DNA from: Heptranchias perlo
Taxonomy: Eukaryota
Direction: 5' to 3'
DNA length: 64,000 nt
Assembly: GCF_035084215.1 (NCBI RefSeq)
Contig: NW_027139623.1
Location: 2,418,001-2,482,000, forward strand
Part shown: piece after piece, positions 28,470 to 44,459 of the stretch
Layout of the letters: every line of letters begins with the position of its first letter
How positions within the stretch are numbered: the stretch's first letter is position 1
The notes under the pieces: model-generated
Seen by the model: the letters and a program-made list of their open reading frames with translations, nothing else
Databases searched by the model: none
Told to the model about the DNA's origin: nothing
Program-made: the position numbers and the translations under genes

Positions 28470-29440
28470 AACGGTCAGGAAGATTTCACAAGAACAATTG
28501 GGGAAGCAAAGAGGAACTACGAAATTAAATTATCAAGGAATATCAAAAGAAACAGTAAATTATTCTACAGATGCATAAATAAAACAAGGAAAATCAGAAT
28601 AGCTTCAGTGCCACAAAGGGATGCACAAAATAAACTCAGTGGTAACGTCAGTGAAATGCCAGAAATATTGAATGATTACTTTTCCTCAGTATTTACCCGG
28701 GAGATTAACAGGGTGAACATGATATTAGAGGAAGAGGTCAATAAATATATCAAGACATTTAAGTTAGAAAGGGTGGTTAAACTCCTGGTCCAGATGGATT
28801 GCATCTGCACATATTAAATGAAGCAAGGGAAAAGATAGCAGAGGCACTGTTACATATATAGAAAAAATCATCACAAAAAGGAATAGTGCCAGAGGACTGG
28901 ATGACAGTTAATGTGATTCTTATAATTTAAAACAGGAGATCGAACAATTCCAGGGAACTATAGACCAGTTAACTAAAGGTCGGTGGTAGGAATGATCATG
29001 GAATCTTTTACTCAATGAAGCAATAGAAAAACATCTAGAAACCGAAAATATAATAAAGAATAGTCAGCATGGATTTCAAAAAGGGAAGGTTTAACAGTTT
29101 GGCAGAAGGTTTGACAGTTTAAATTACAGTTCACCATAACTTATCTGCTTATCAATTCTATTCCTCTCGAAATAAACCCCAGTGCTGTGTTTGCTTTCTG
29201 TGGCCTCATCAACCTGTGTTGCTACTTTTAATGATTTGTCAATCTGTACCCCTAAATCACTTTGCTCTTCTACACCATTTAGACTCTTATTTTCCAAGCA
29301 GTGTTTGGCCTCCTTATTCCCCCGAGCAAAATGCACCACCTCACAACTTTCTATTTGGTAACTAAATGTCCATTTCCTCCGCCTTTCAGCAAGCTTATTA
29401 AATCTTCTTGTATTTTGTTGCATTCTTCCTCAGTTTAGGC
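28470..29440. mobile_element. Decayed CR1 LINE pieces
   Basis: Mirror of 17540-18520. Confidence 0.8.
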
Positions 29441-29904
29441 TATACCCCCAAAATTAATTACAAGCATTTAATACAGCATTCCAACTCATGTTTGGTCCAA
29501 CAAAATGTTCTCCATTCCCAGTTTCTCCAAATCCCACCCGTGCAATATAATGTGAAGAATGAGTTTATCTTCTGTCCCTCTCTCATCTGTCAACTTCAAT
29601 GACCCGGGGTTTGGGGACATCTACTGGCCGGAAGCAGAACTGCAACAGTTCGGAACAAATTGCTGAAACCGGACAATGTGCAGTGTGAGCGTGTTTGTGA
29701 TTGGTGGCAGATACTAAATGTGATTGGATATCTGAAGAAACCAATCAGAGAGTGAAAGTAAATGTTTTGTGTCCTCACGCCCAATCGTCCAATCACAATC
29801 ATTGCCTTCCCCCATCCCTCATTACCATAGGGCTGTGGGGCTGCCTATTTAATCCGAGCTCGGAGCGGATTTGGGTCATTTCTGGGTCTGAAATTCAGTT
29901 GAAA

Positions 29905-30279
29905 ATGCCTGAGGACAAGAAAGCAGCTCCCAAGAAGGGCGCCAAGAAAACCTTGAATAAAGCACCAGCCAAGGGCGGCAAGAAGCGGAGAAAGTCGAGG
30001 AAGGAGAGTTACTCCATCTACGTCTACAAAGTGATGAAGCAGGTTCACCCCGACACCGGCATCTCCTCCAAGGCCATGAGCATCATGAACTCCTTTGTGA
30101 ACGATATTTTCGAGCGCATCGCGGGTGAGGCTTCCCGCCTGGCCCATTATAATAAACGGGCGACCATCAGCTCCCGGGAGATCCAGACCGCCGTGCGCCT
30201 GCTGCTGCCCGGGGAACTGGCCAAGCACGCCGTGTCGGAAGGGACAAAGGCGGTGACCAAGTACACCAGCTCCAAGTAA
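29905..30279 (+). CDS. H2B: Histone H2B
   Basis: 124-aa H2B with KRATIS; stem-loop 30310-30325. Confidence 0.98.
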   Translation: MPEDKKAAPKKGAKKTLNKAPAKGGKKRRKSRKESYSIYVYKVMKQVHPDTGISSKAMSIMNSFVNDIFERIAGEASRLAHYNKRATISSREIQTAVRLLLPGELAKHAVSEGTKAVTKYTSSK

Positions 30280-31131
30280 AACTCCACAATGTACTGAAAA
30301 AAAAACAACGGCTCTTTTAAGAGCCACCCACAACCTCTCTGAAGGAGCTGCATTTCCGATATATTTACATAGTATGTTTTTAACACCGCGATATTATTCC
30401 AATTGAAAGCTGATACTCAACGCCGTTGAAATTTCTGACCCATAAACTGAACACGAGTTTCTGATCCGCTCCTTCCCATTCGCTTTGTTCTTACAGCGTT
30501 ACTATTCCGGCGACGAACACACCCTGAATGACCCCTTCGCATTTCCATTATCTCTATGAATTCAGTCTCCCCACATTAAAAGCAAACCCTCCCCTTGCAG
30601 TAACATAGCGGAATAGGGGCAGAATGAGAACTCCGTCCGGGTCCCTCTTTTCACAGAAACACTCTCGGCTCTTTGAGAAGGGACCAATCTATAACGTGTC
30701 ACTTTTATAAAGACTAAATTGAAACGTGTCCCTTCACGGAATGCTGTGAATGGGGATTTTTGTCCCGTTCGGTACAGTTTGAAAGCGATGATAAAATTAG
30801 CGAAAATTTAAAGCAGATTTTAAAATAGCGCCAGCGATTGGTGACGGGTAGCGCTGAATAAGACACGATAAAAAGAACGGGTTTAAAATCTTGTGCTCAG
30901 GGCGACATTGATCGAAATCCGGTCCTTTACTACACTGAAATTGGCGGGCTTTTTGAAATTCATCAAATTCCTGGTCTGACCGTTGAGGCCGGTAAATCCC
31001 GCCCTCTTCTGATTCCCAGCTATCTGATTGGTTAATGAAATAGGCAAATGAGGTGTATTAAAGAAGAACCAATCAGATGATCTTTTAGTCTATAAGAAGG
31101 GTAAATACGGAAATCATTCTTCATTCTTTGT

Positions 31132-32182
31132 AAACAATTTTACAACACCAAGTTATAGTCCAGCAATTTTATTTTAAATTCACAAGCTTTCGGAGATTTT
31201 CTCCTTCCTCAGGCAAATGTTTCAAGATCTCCTTGAAGCCTACGCATTTATACATATTGAACAATAATAAATGGTGTTTACAGACTGCCCCTGCAACTGC
31301 CCGTTGCCAAGGCAATCACCGTGTTCAGACAGAGAGGTGTTACCTGCAGAACCTCCGAATACACATTCAATAAAAGAACAAACAGGGAAAAAAAACAGAG
31401 AAAAAAAAAACACAGAGAGAGGCAGAAACATCCGGAAGGCAGAGAGAGCCAGCAAATGACCCATTATATTAAAAACAGATAACATTTGTTCGCTGGTGGG
31501 GTAACGTGTAGCGTGACATGAACCCAAGATCCCGGTTGAGGCCGTCCTCATGGGTGCGGAACTTGGCTATCAATTTCTGCTCGACGATTTTGCGTTGTCG
31601 TGTGTCTCGAAGGCCGCCTTGGAGTACGCTTACCCGAAGGTCGGTGGATGAATGTCCATGACTGCTGAAGTGTTCCCCGACTGGGAGGGAACCCTCCTGT
31701 TTGGCGATTGTTGCGCGGTGTCCGTTCATCCGTTGTCGCAGCGTCTGCATGGTCTCGCCAATGTACCATGCTCTGGGGCATCCTTTCCTGCAACGTATGA
31801 GGTAGACAACGTTGGCTGAGTCACAGGAGTATGAACCATGCACCTGGTGGGTGGTGTCATCTCGTGTGATGGTGGTATCTGTGTCGATGATCTGGCATGT
31901 CTTGCAGAGGTTACCGTGGCAGGGTTGTGTGGCGTCGTGGACGCTGTTCTCTTGAAAGCTAGGTAGTTTGCTGCGAACGATGGTCTGTTTGAGGTTGGGT
32001 GGCTGTTTAAAGGCGAGTAGTGGAGGTGTGGGGATGGCCATAGCGAGGTGTTTGTCCTCATTGATGACATGTTGAAGGCTGCGGAGAACATGGCGTAGTT
32101 TCTCCGCTCCGGGGAAGTACTGGACGACAAAGGGTACTCTGTTGGTTGCGTCCCGTGTTAGTCTCCTGAGGAGGTCTATGCG
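31132..32182 (-). mobile_element. 5'-truncated Penelope-like element in the H2A 5' UTR
   Basis: GIY-YIG ORF on minus; 9-bp target duplication ATTCTTTGT at 31123-31131 and 32183-32191; absent from mirrored left arm. Confidence 0.95.
31178..31218 (-). ncRNA. Minimal type I hammerhead ribozyme motif
   Basis: ATTTGC-CTGAGGA-A-GGAGA(AAA)TCTCC-GAAA-GCTT-GTGAAT on minus. Confidence 0.75.
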
Positions 32183-32205
32183 ATTCTTTGTGAAAGTGTT
32201 TGTGA

Positions 32206-32604
<399 letters not shown>

Positions 32605-33935
32605 AGCGGCCAAGATTTAATCTGATAACCCAAAGGCTCTTTTCAGAGCCACCCACTGTATCTCTGGAAGGGCTGGTTACTGTCTGAACGGAGTTAGTAA
32701 TTAATTTAAAAATAAGCAATCTGTTTCGGATCTGGTGATTTTACGTTCCTTGATTCCGATTCTAGATCTAACTGCCTCCCATTAGTTAGAAACTAACGAT
32801 ATCTTCTTAAATACAAATGATCTGTTGCAGTACTCGCTTCCGGACAGTAGATGTCGCCAACCTCCAATAGTTTAAAATTTGCAGATTGTATCGGAAATGA
32901 GACAAAAAATAATCAGTTCATTAAACTGGGCGGGTGGGATACAGAAATACCAGGTCAGTTTGATCATCGGCAACAAGAGGCACTCTATTGTGTTCCGGCC
33001 ATTATTGTAAGTGTGATTTACAGTCTCATCCTCCCACAACACTTACTCGGTCTGACTTCCATTTCCCAGACTTGTCCGCCAGAAGGTGACGGATGTGTTG
33101 ATTATTGTGTCAGCGATTGCTGAATCAGTGAATGAAATTTATCCGTTATTGGCTGTGAGAGGGATTTATTCTGTCCCTGTCAGTCTGTTCCTGTGTCAGT
33201 GACGAGTACCGCAGTGAATGTGTCACTAAGTTTTACACTGATTCTACAGCTGGAGAGGGATAATAGACAAACTTCATTTGATCCGAGTCTGGTTCTTTAG
33301 AGGTTAAAATATTTCCAACAGAGCCAAGCTGATACTATATCGGAAATGAGAACTTGCATTTCTTATACTTTGCACGAGTGCCCGAGCCTCTCCCTGTGCA
33401 TATGTCCCAGTTAAATTGACACTGGGGATGTGGATACCTGATGTGAAAGAGTAGGATCGAAATCAGATCTTTCTGTACCTGTTTGCCAGCACTTTCCCTG
33501 TCCAAATGTGGCACTGGAAGTGATGATGGGACTCAGTCTGCGCTGCATGAGTGGAATTCACCTCCCTCCAATCCTGGGTGTGATGTGTGGAAATTAAACT
33601 GTGTCCGTTTCAAATTCCTGATGTTGGTCATTCTGGAATTGTCACCCTTGTCTGTTTGTGTAAATTTAACACTGCTACTTTACCTGCCCGAAAATTCACA
33701 GATCAGCTCTACTCCGAACTCTCTCTGGTGTTATAACGGGCGATATGGACAGTTTACAAATACGAGTCGTGCCCGCCTGACATCCGCTCCCTCCCTTCAT
33801 GAATTTCCCGTTTTAGTATATTTTTACCTGCACTATCGCACCATTTCAACCCAGGAGATCACAGCTCTTTCCATCGCCGATTTGGTGGCTCTGAAAAGAG
33901 CCTTTGTTGCACTTGGTGCTGAAGCCGGGTCGGGT

Positions 33936-34415
<480 letters not shown>

Positions 34416-35247
34416 TTATAAAGGGTCTAAGGGGATCCGCCCCTGGCCTCTGATTGGCTTCAGTCCCACACCCAGTCAGGGAGGGATCGCCCCTGGACGA
34501 TGATTGAACCGAGCTCTGTCAGTCAGAACGAAACGGCGGGAGATATTGGGCCCCAATTGGCTGAGCTGAAATTAATCTTCAATTTCAAAAAGCCCGCCAA
34601 TTTCAGAGCATCAAATAACAGTTTCAAGAAAATCTTATTTCCTTCCAGCAATTTAAGAATCTCTCTCTTTATAATCTCCATTATTTCCTACTCCTCAGCT
34701 CAAACCTCAGGCTGTTTCACATTCCGGTTCATTCTCTGATCTGTCTGTAAACGGGCGCGAATAAAGCCCCGGTCATTGCTTTCCGTAACGGGACAAAGTC
34801 CAGCTTCAATTTCAAAAATCCCGCCAGTTCCGGCCCGGTGAACCGCTCCTCAAACAGAAACTTCACATCGAACTGATAATTGAATGAGGGCAGGAAATAA
34901 AGAGCGAGCAGAGAGGACACAGCGGGAGAGGGAGTGAGGAGGGATTTTACTCTGAGCGGAGATTGTAATGTCTGGGGAAAGAGTCTGTATCACCGCCTGT
35001 TCATTTATACCGTGAAACCTGGAATTCCGCTCCTTCTCTCGGGATGGCCGAGAACCCGGGCCGTTGTTTCTGATCTCCCTGTACCGAGTGTTGGGGAATC
35101 TCCCCATACTAATTAAATATCGGAAACGAGTTCCCCATCCCGAGATCTTTCCACTCCCCGTTCCCAGGTCAGTGCTCTCTCTGTGAGGCGGTGGGTGGCT
35201 CTTAGAAGAGCCTTTGTTTTGTGTTCGGTTTGAAAGGACCGTGACGT

Positions 35248-35568
<321 letters not shown>

Positions 35569-36438
35569 TCACTAAAATCACTGTTGAATGAATAACAAAC
35601 TTATGCTGGTTCCGTTTTTATGCAGCCTGCACCGACCTGACTGAGAAAGAAATAGGGTGAGAGAGGGAGGGGAGGAGACAGGGTGAGATATTAAACAGGG
35701 AGGGGAGGAGAGAGTCAGTGTGACGGACAGAGCGGAGTGCGGCCTTTGATCTTCCAGCTCCACCTCCAGCTTTCTCCACCCGCCAATTTCAAACCGTTTA
35801 TGGATAATAGAACCGAAACACAGCGCTCCGCACAAACCCTGAGAGACTCGGGCTTCATATTCAAGGATTCACAGAAACACGGAGCTTTTAAATAAACCCC
35901 GTTACAATTAACAGTCAGTAATATTCCTGCCTCAATACAGTCCCTTCTAGAACAAGTCAACCCGCCTCCTTCCATTTCAGTCCCAGACCCGATTCGATCT
36001 CCCCACACATCCCCTCCCAGACGGGTTCAGCAGTTTACAAACACTTTATTGCAGCTGATTTGGAGAATCTCATGTGTTGGGGTTTGAATTGTGATAGCGG
36101 CGGATCTCCGCCAGTTTTACCCTGTCACGGACTCTCGCCCTGAATCTGTGAGAAAAAATGAACTGGGACTGGAGCCGAACACACGCCAGTTCCAGTGAGG
36201 CCCGGCCCGGACATCCCATTCTCTCTATTTTATTTCAGACAGTGGGGGTGGGGCGGGGATAGCGAATGTCAGCGAGTCACCAGGACCCTGGGTTTATTTG
36301 AAATTATTTCCATCTGAAATCTGAGCCCGGCCCCGGGACAGGAATCATCTGATTCCGGGATCTGCTCTTTTCTGAGAGACGTGGGTGGCTCTGAGAAGAG
36401 CCGTTGGGTTCAGATGGTCACAAGTTGCACTTGATTTT

Positions 36439-37056
36439 TTACTTCTTTTTGCCCGCTGCTTTCTTAGGCTTTGCTGACTTCGGCTTGGGCTTGGCCCTCG
36501 GTTTTTCCACCTTCTTCGCCTTCGCCTTCACTGTCTTGGGGGTCTTGGGCTTCTTCGCCGCCGCTTTCTTCTTAATTGGTGATTTCGCCGCCTTTTTCGT
36601 GGTCGATTTCTTGACCGCTGGTTTCTTGGCCGTTAATTTCTTGACGGCTGTTTTTTTGGCCGCTGGTTTCTTTCCGGGAGATTTCTTCGTCACTTGTTTC
36701 TTCACCTTCTTTACCACTTTTGCCTGGGTTTCCTTCTTAGCGACTCTGAAGGAGCCCGAGGCGCCCGTGCCCTTGATCTGCACCAGGGAGCCTTTTTCCA
36801 CATTTCTCTTGATACTTAATTTGATCTGGGACCGGAGCTTCTCCACATCCAGGCCTTTGGTAGCCAGAACCTTCTTTATCGCGGCCAGGGATATCCCCTT
36901 GCGATCCTTGCAATCCGCCACAATCTTAAGGATCTGTTCTCCCAACGGGGGGCCGGTGGTCTTGGGTCTGGGAACCGCCTTCTTCTTCTTGGGAGCCTTG
37001 GGTGGAGCGGCGGCGGCGGCAGGAGGTGCCGTTTCGGCGGCTGCAGTGTCTGTCAT
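36439..37056 (-). CDS. H1: Linker histone H1
   Basis: 205 aa, 3 substitutions versus 10933-11550; stem-loop 36387-36402. Confidence 0.96.
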   Translation of the reverse strand: MTDTAAAETAPPAAAAAPPKAPKKKKAVPRPKTTGPPLGEQILKIVADCKDRKGISLAAIKKVLATKGLDVEKLRSQIKLSIKRNVEKGSLVQIKGTGASGSFRVAKKETQAKVVKKVKKQVTKKSPGKKPAAKKTAVKKLTAKKPAVKKSTTKKAAKSPIKKKAAAKKPKTPKTVKAKAKKVEKPRAKPKPKSAKPKKAAGKKK

Positions 37057-39244
37057 GTCCGCGACTCTGTCGAAAATCTCTCTGACAGTCAGAGCTGGGT
37101 CAGAAATGAAACGAGAGGCGGCGGCACAGAGCAACTTGAAGGCACAGAGCGGACGGGGCGGAGACATCCTGCTGTCAGCTCCCGGCCCCTCCAGCCTCTC
37201 TGTGTTTCTCTCACCTCTTAAACTCCCCGATTCCTTTTCAAATCGGGCACTCCAGAGTCCCAGACTAGCCCCTTCCCATCTGTAACACCGGTATGTTTGC
37301 TGTCGAAAAACTTTCACCGGAATTAAAAGCACCAGTTTCGATTTAAACCCGTTTCATTGCTGCACTGATCGCGCTCTCTCACCCGATCGCTGACATGATC
37401 TCCGTTTTTCGGCTGAAATCTTGAATTGATCTGAAACTTTACCTTAAATTTCCACTTCGGAGCTCGGCAGGGGAGGAGGGCGATCCTTTGACAGGGATTT
37501 TTTAAAATTTTACTCAAAAGGGACTCGGAAATCTGGCGATGAGACCGGCCACACAAACACAGTGACATTAATCTCACCCACCCGCCCCTTTAACACACTC
37601 TCTCTGACACAATGTTCACATCTTCACATTCACAGGACAAACTGTTCGCCAGATTGACAATTCCCGGGACAGGCTTTCCTCCCCGCTCGGCCTGTGCTGC
37701 ACATTCTCGGGGGTTAGTTGTAGTTTCCCAGCTCAGTAACTGTTAAACACTCTGAGGCCGGCGCTCCTCACAGTGTCTGGTCCCCAGTTTCAGGGACAGG
37801 AGACAATCACAGCTGTGGATGTGATTATCCATATCTGGTTTTACATTATTACATTGTCTGCACACAGAAATATGTTTGGTTGAGGCGATAATACAAATAA
37901 TCCGCTCATGGCTCCTCCAGTCTCTCTGTCTTTCTCTCCCTCCTCCAAAACTGACTGACAGACAATAGTAACTGGTGTCCCATCCGTCCCATTCTAAACA
38001 CCCAGAGACGGCCAGTTACTGAATAAATTCAACATTCGTAGGCAGTCCAGTGTCAGACAGTTACAGGCTGTTTCTCTCCACCTTTCCTTACTCGACTGGA
38101 GACTGATAAATGCACCGTCAGACCGGCTCATCCATAAGAGAAGGGACAGTGACCGTCTCACCAACAGCACCGGAGGTCTGTTCACAGACACAGAATCAGT
38201 CTTTACCTTCCAACAGGGTGTTCATATTACGCTCAATAACACTGTCCCGCTCTCATGTACAGCGCTAGAGATAGAGAAATACAGACGGACAGATAAAGAG
38301 ACAGACAGAGACAGGCACACAGACAAAGTATCATTCTCACACTTCCTCTCAGTGTGTCCGTTTCACACTCAGCAAACAGTATCCCACCTTCGTGTGCAGC
38401 GCCAGAGAGATACAGACAGGCAGAGTATCAGCCATACGCTTCCCATCAGTGTCTCTGTCGCACGCTCAGCAGCAGTATTCCACCTTCATAAGTTGTACAA
38501 AAGAGAGAGAGAAACTGACCTGCAATGTCCCGTTTTCACCCAGTAACAAATTGGAAAATTCTCCATTCCAATTGCCATTCCAAGCTGGAGTGACAGAAGA
38601 TGCAGTCTCATCTCTCACTGATATTATTTCAGAGACAGACACATTATTAATCCCACATTCAGGGACAGTGTCACGCATTTAACCCTCTGTTGCATGTTGT
38701 ACCCTCTGAAATTTTGCAGCTCAGGGCCCTTCTGCATTTCTCTCAGTGACCGAGATTTTCACTCCGATTGAAATAATCTGGGACTGTTGCCGTCAAATAT
38801 TAATCCTACACGGTCCCAGCAAATACACCGACTCCCACTTTCCTCCCATGTTTCTCCAGGATTGGTTCGAGGAATCCGGCCTCCCGTTACGGAGTCACAA
38901 GTTTCTTTATCAGTAAAGGGACCAAGAATGAAAAGAACCAATTGGCTCATTTCACAGCCGCTCACTTTATCTCTGAAAGACTCTTTTCCATTAAAAGATA
39001 CCGAGAGAAACAGCAGGGATGGAAACATCTCGTTTAATAGTTAGAGATTGTAAAGTCAGTCTGGATTCCAGCGTTAGGCACTGGTGGAATCCCATCTGTT
39101 TTCCATTCTGGTGCCTGTTCCTGCACTGCCTGTGGACCCCATTCCCTCTGACCTTTCCCCCAGACCCACTTCCTTTGCTCAGACTCGGAAAAATTCCAAT
39201 TGGGGAAAGTTTCCATCGATTTTTGTATTGAGAATTAAACCAGA

Positions 39245-39640
39245 TATCTGCGCATGCGTGACTCAGCCCCGCCCCCAGCGCTGGTTGTTGGTGAGCAGAA
39301 GAGCGCATGCGCGCTGCCCTCCCCGAGCTCGGCCTGTGGGCGCCATTCCCTCAGTGAGCGGAAGAAGATGGTTTAAAACAGCCGGGAATGGAGAGATCAC
39401 GGCCCCCGGGGGAAGGGAGCAAAGAGCAGTCTCGTTACAGCAGCTCATCGCTTCGGGACCGTGTCCGCAGATGGGCTCAGAGATCGGCATTGAGTCCGGG
39501 GGAAGGTCAGGGGGAGTCCGGGGGCTGTTTGTAAGAGGCGGAGTGGATCAGGAACTGGTCCCGGAACATGGAGTGAGCGGGGGAAGGGAGAGGTCATTCT
39601 CGGGCTGTGTGTGTCCAGGGTGTGTCCAGGGTAAGGGGGA
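39245..39640 (+). promoter_or_regulatory. CpG-rich promoter and probable first exon of the zinc-finger gene
   Basis: NRF1-like TGCGCATGCG 39249-39258 and GCGCATGCGC 39303-39312, GC box 39266-39276, GCGGAAG, AAGATGG; donor-like G|GTAAG at 39631. Confidence 0.6.
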
Positions 39641-40479
39641 CAGAATGGGAAGAAACTGCTATTTAAAATCATTGCTGCTTTCTCTCCCCAAATCAGTGGT
39701 GAATGTTCCTGGTTCAGTTCCAGTCTCACCCTGTTAATGAACAGTGAACAGTCAGGATGTGGGGAGTTAGACAAGCAGTATCAATTGCAGGCATCAGGTG
39801 AGAAGTTTGAAGGACACATTTTAAACAGCGGTTGCTTGGTTTCGGGTGAACGGTTAGTCCCATGTTCGAGGAGTTGAGAAACCTGACCGGTTAAAAAGGT
39901 CCCTGCCCCATCGGGTCGTCCCATTCACGGACCAGTGCAGGGGTTGGGTTGTGTCTGGATGTCACGAAATTGTTTTAAAATCGTCGAACACACCTGGTGT
40001 GCAGAAGCTGAGTGCTGCAGTACTGCAGTGGAGTCAGACATTGACACTGTTTGTATCACTGGTTTTCATTTGTGGATATTCATAATAATCATTAACAGAG
40101 ATATTAAACTGATCACTTTTGTATTTTCTACCTCACCTGTTCCTGAGTAACAAGAGATAATTTTCTTTCTACAGGCAAATCCTTGAAGGATCCATAATGA
40201 ATGTGATGTTTCCTCCACCCGAGGCACAAGGAACAGTGCAGCCAGCTCCTTCTCACACACAGTAAGTATATTATCACTCACACAGAGCACAGAGACACAG
40301 ACAGGTCATCAGTTCCACAGTCTCAGACAGCAGAAGTAGTCAGTCCCACACTGATCTTAAATTCCAGAGACACATTTTCAATCCAACCATCAAACAGAGC
40401 AGGTGAGGCAGACACTGTTCCATTTCCCCCTAACTCAGTCCCGCTGACAGGTGGATACAAAAAGCCCAGTCAAAATCAC

Positions 40480-43400
40480 ACTCTCGGATTGAAAGGCACT
40501 GTGTCAATCTCACAATAGGGCAACATTAAATACCAGATAGAAATCACACATAGTACTCAATTGAAAGGGACAGAATGAACCCCAATAATGTACCCCGAGA
40601 TTCCAATTGAATACCACCCCACAACTCGCACATGTGACTTTAATACATGCAGTATCCATTTGAATAGTGTATCATGAGATACAAATTGCAGCCAAGTCCA
40701 AAACTCATCTGCAGTATCAGACCGAGAAATGCTGTGACAGTGTAACCTGAGAAAGAAATTAGAAACCAGTTTATAATACACTCATAGTATGAGAGTTAAA
40801 GATACAGTGTCAATTCTATTAGTGCAGACTGAGATACACATTACATACCAGTCCAAAAATCTCATACAATATTAGACTGAAAAACACAGTATCGATTACA
40901 ATAGTACAGACTGAACTACACATTATATACCAATTCAAAAATCATTATCAGTTTGAAATATATATTACCATTCACAATAGTACACAGAGATATTGATTTA
41001 ACAGTAGTCCAAAGATACACAAATTATCTGATTAAAAACCTCCAGCATGAAATTCTAAAGTTTATCCATATTTACCAATTAAATGAGAAAAAACTATTTC
41101 AACATGAAGATATTAAAGCTACAGTATTTAACACTATAATGTAATCAGAGAGAATAATTATAGATAGATACAGAATAAATCTCACACTCTTTTATGGTAC
41201 CAAAGTTGACATAAAATGAATCCCAAATATCTCATAATGTAGCAGAGACTGGCAGATAAAGTATGAATCCCACACTCACACAGCATCAGAGACTGTATTT
41301 CTTGAATGAATCGCAAACTCAAACAAACCACTCACAAGATACACAATAAATCCCACACAGTATCACGGACTGAGAGATACAAAATGAATCTCACAGTCAC
41401 CTACATTAGTGCAGACTGAGTTACAAATTAGGGACCAGTCCACAAATCTCAGTGTCAGATTGAAAGATACAGTATCAATTCCATTAGTGCAGACTGAGCT
41501 ACATATTATATACCAATACAAAAGACCAATACAGATTCAGACTGAAATATACAGTATTCCATTTATGCAGACTGAGCTACACATTGTAAACAAGTTCAAA
41601 AATGTCACCATATAAGTTTGGAAGATACACTAAATCACAACTGTGTTCACATCGATGCAGATTTAGTAGTAGCCCAAAAAGTGCACTCATTCTCTGATTA
41701 TGACCTACAGCATCAGATTTTAAAGGATATGATTATCTACCACTTAAATACTGGGAAAAATTATTTATACATTTAGGTATTAAAGATACAGTTTTGAGCA
41801 CCATGCTGTAAACTGAGATACAAATTAGATACAGATAAATAATGAATCTCATACTCAGATCCAGTGCCAGAGACTGACATATAAAATGAATCCCTCACTC
41901 ACACAATGTACAAGTGACTGACAGATACAGAACGAATCCCACACTCACATACAGTAGCACAGACTGACAGATACAGTATATATATCACTCATATACAGTA
42001 TCAGAGATTGATGGATATGGAATGAATGTCTCACTCACATACAGCACCAGAGACTGACAGATATGGAATTAATCCCAAATTCACACATGGTGCCACAGAC
42101 TGACAGGAACAGAATGAATCTCATTCACATACAGTACCAGGGACTGACATATAGAGAATGAATCCTACACTCACAAACAGTACAACAGGCTGACAGATAC
42201 AGAATGAATCACAAAGTAACAGTCAGACAAATACAGAATGAATCTCTAAGTGAAATTACTGCAGACTGAGTTACACATAACATGCCAGTCCAAAAATCTT
42301 AGTGTCAGATTGAATGATAATGTATCAATTCCATTAGTGCAGACTGAGCCAAACATTATATAGCAGTCCAACACTGTCAGACCATACCAGACTCAAAGAT
42401 ACATCAATTCCATTAGCACAGACTGAGCTACATGTTACACACCAGTCCAAAAATCTCATACAGTAACAGACTGATTGATACATTATCAAATCTATGAGTG
42501 CAGGCTGAGCTATATATTACATTCCAGTCCAAAAATCTCAGTGTCAGACTGAGATACAGAATTAATTCCATTATTATCGACTGAGCTACACATTATATAC
42601 CAGTTAAATAATTTCACCATGAACAGATTGAAAGGTACATTATCATTCACAACAGAGTTCAGAGATGAAGATGTAATACTACTCCAAAACTCACATACGT
42701 TGTTTGATTAAAGAAAATCCAAAAGTGTATCAATATTTACAAATTAAACACTCGATAAATACTGCATATACTTTAAAGTATTAAAGATATAGTTTCAAAT
42801 ACAATAATGTAAACTGAAATAAGAATATAGAATGAATCCAGACTTGCACATGGTCTCAGAGACTGAATTATAGAATGAAACCCAGACTGAGATAAATTAG
42901 CTGAGATTGACAGATACAGAATGTATCCTAAACTCATATACAGTATCAGAGACTGACAGATACAGGAGAAACCCCACATTTGCATACAGCACCAGAGACA
43001 GACAGATACAGAATGAATCCCACACTCATACACAGTACCAGAGACAGACAGATACAGAATAAACCACATACTCATGTACAGTACCAGATACATTATAAAC
43101 CCCACACTTATATACAGTGTCAGAGACTGAGAAGTACAGAATAAACCACACACTCATATACAGCACCAGAGACAGTCAGAAGCAGAATAAACCTGACACT
43201 CGCATACAGTACCCGTTACAGACAGATACAGAATAAACCCCACACACGTACAGTACCACAGACTGACAGGCACAGAATGTATCCCACACTCACACACAGT
43301 ACCAGAGACTGACAGATACAGAATAATCCTCACATTTATGTTCAGTACCAGACACAGACAAATAAAGAATGAGCCCCACACTCATTTGCAGTACCAGAGA

Positions 43401-44450
43401 CAGACAGATACAGAATGAATCCCAAATTCACACACAGTACCAGAGACTGACAGATACAGAATAAACCCCACATTCATATACAGTACCAGAGTCAGACAGA
43501 ATACTGAATAAACCCCACACTCACATACAGCAGCAGAGACTGACAGATACAGAATAAACCCCACATTCAAACAGTACCAGAGACAGACAGATGCAGAATA
43601 AACCCCACACTCATTTCCAGTACCAGAGACAGACAGATACAGAATGAATCCCACACTCACACACAGTACCCGAGACTGACAGATACAGAATGAATCCCAA
43701 ATTCACACACAGTACCAGAGACTGACAGATACAGAATGAATCTCACAATCAAATACAGCACCAGAGACTGACAGATACAGAACAAAAACCACAATCATTT
43801 CCAGTATCAGAGACAGACAGATGCTGAATAAACCCCAAACTCATGTACAGTATCAGAGACTGAAAAATACAGAATAAACCCCACACAGGTACAGTACCAC
43901 AGACTGACAGGCACAAAATGAACCCCACACTCTCACACAGTACCAGAGACTGACAAATGCAGAATAAACCCCACATTCAAACAGTACCAGAGACAGAGAG
44001 ATACAGAACAAAAACCACACTCATTTCCAGTATCAGAGACAGACAGATACTGAATAATCCCCACATTCACATACAGTGTCAGAGACAGACAGATACAATA
44101 TGTACCACCCACTCATATACAGTACCAGGGACAGACAGATACAGTATATACCCCCCACTCATATACAGTACCAGAGACAGACAAATACAGAATAAACCCC
44201 AAACACATCTACAGTATCGGAGACAGACGGACACAGAATAAATCCCACACTGACACACAGTACCAGAGACAGACATCTACAGAATAAACACCACACTCAT
44301 ATACAGTATCAGAGACTGACAGATACAGAATAAACCCCACAATCACATACAATACCAGAGACTGACAGGAACAGAATGAATCTCATACTCACACACATTA
44401 TCAGAGACTGACAGATACAGAATAAACCTCACAATCATGTAAAGTGCCAG
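40480..44450. repeat. Interleaved ~70-bp and 46-bp satellite arrays
   Basis: Same two repeat families as in the histone spacers, more diverged. Confidence 0.85.
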
Positions 44451-44459
44451 GAAAAATTG

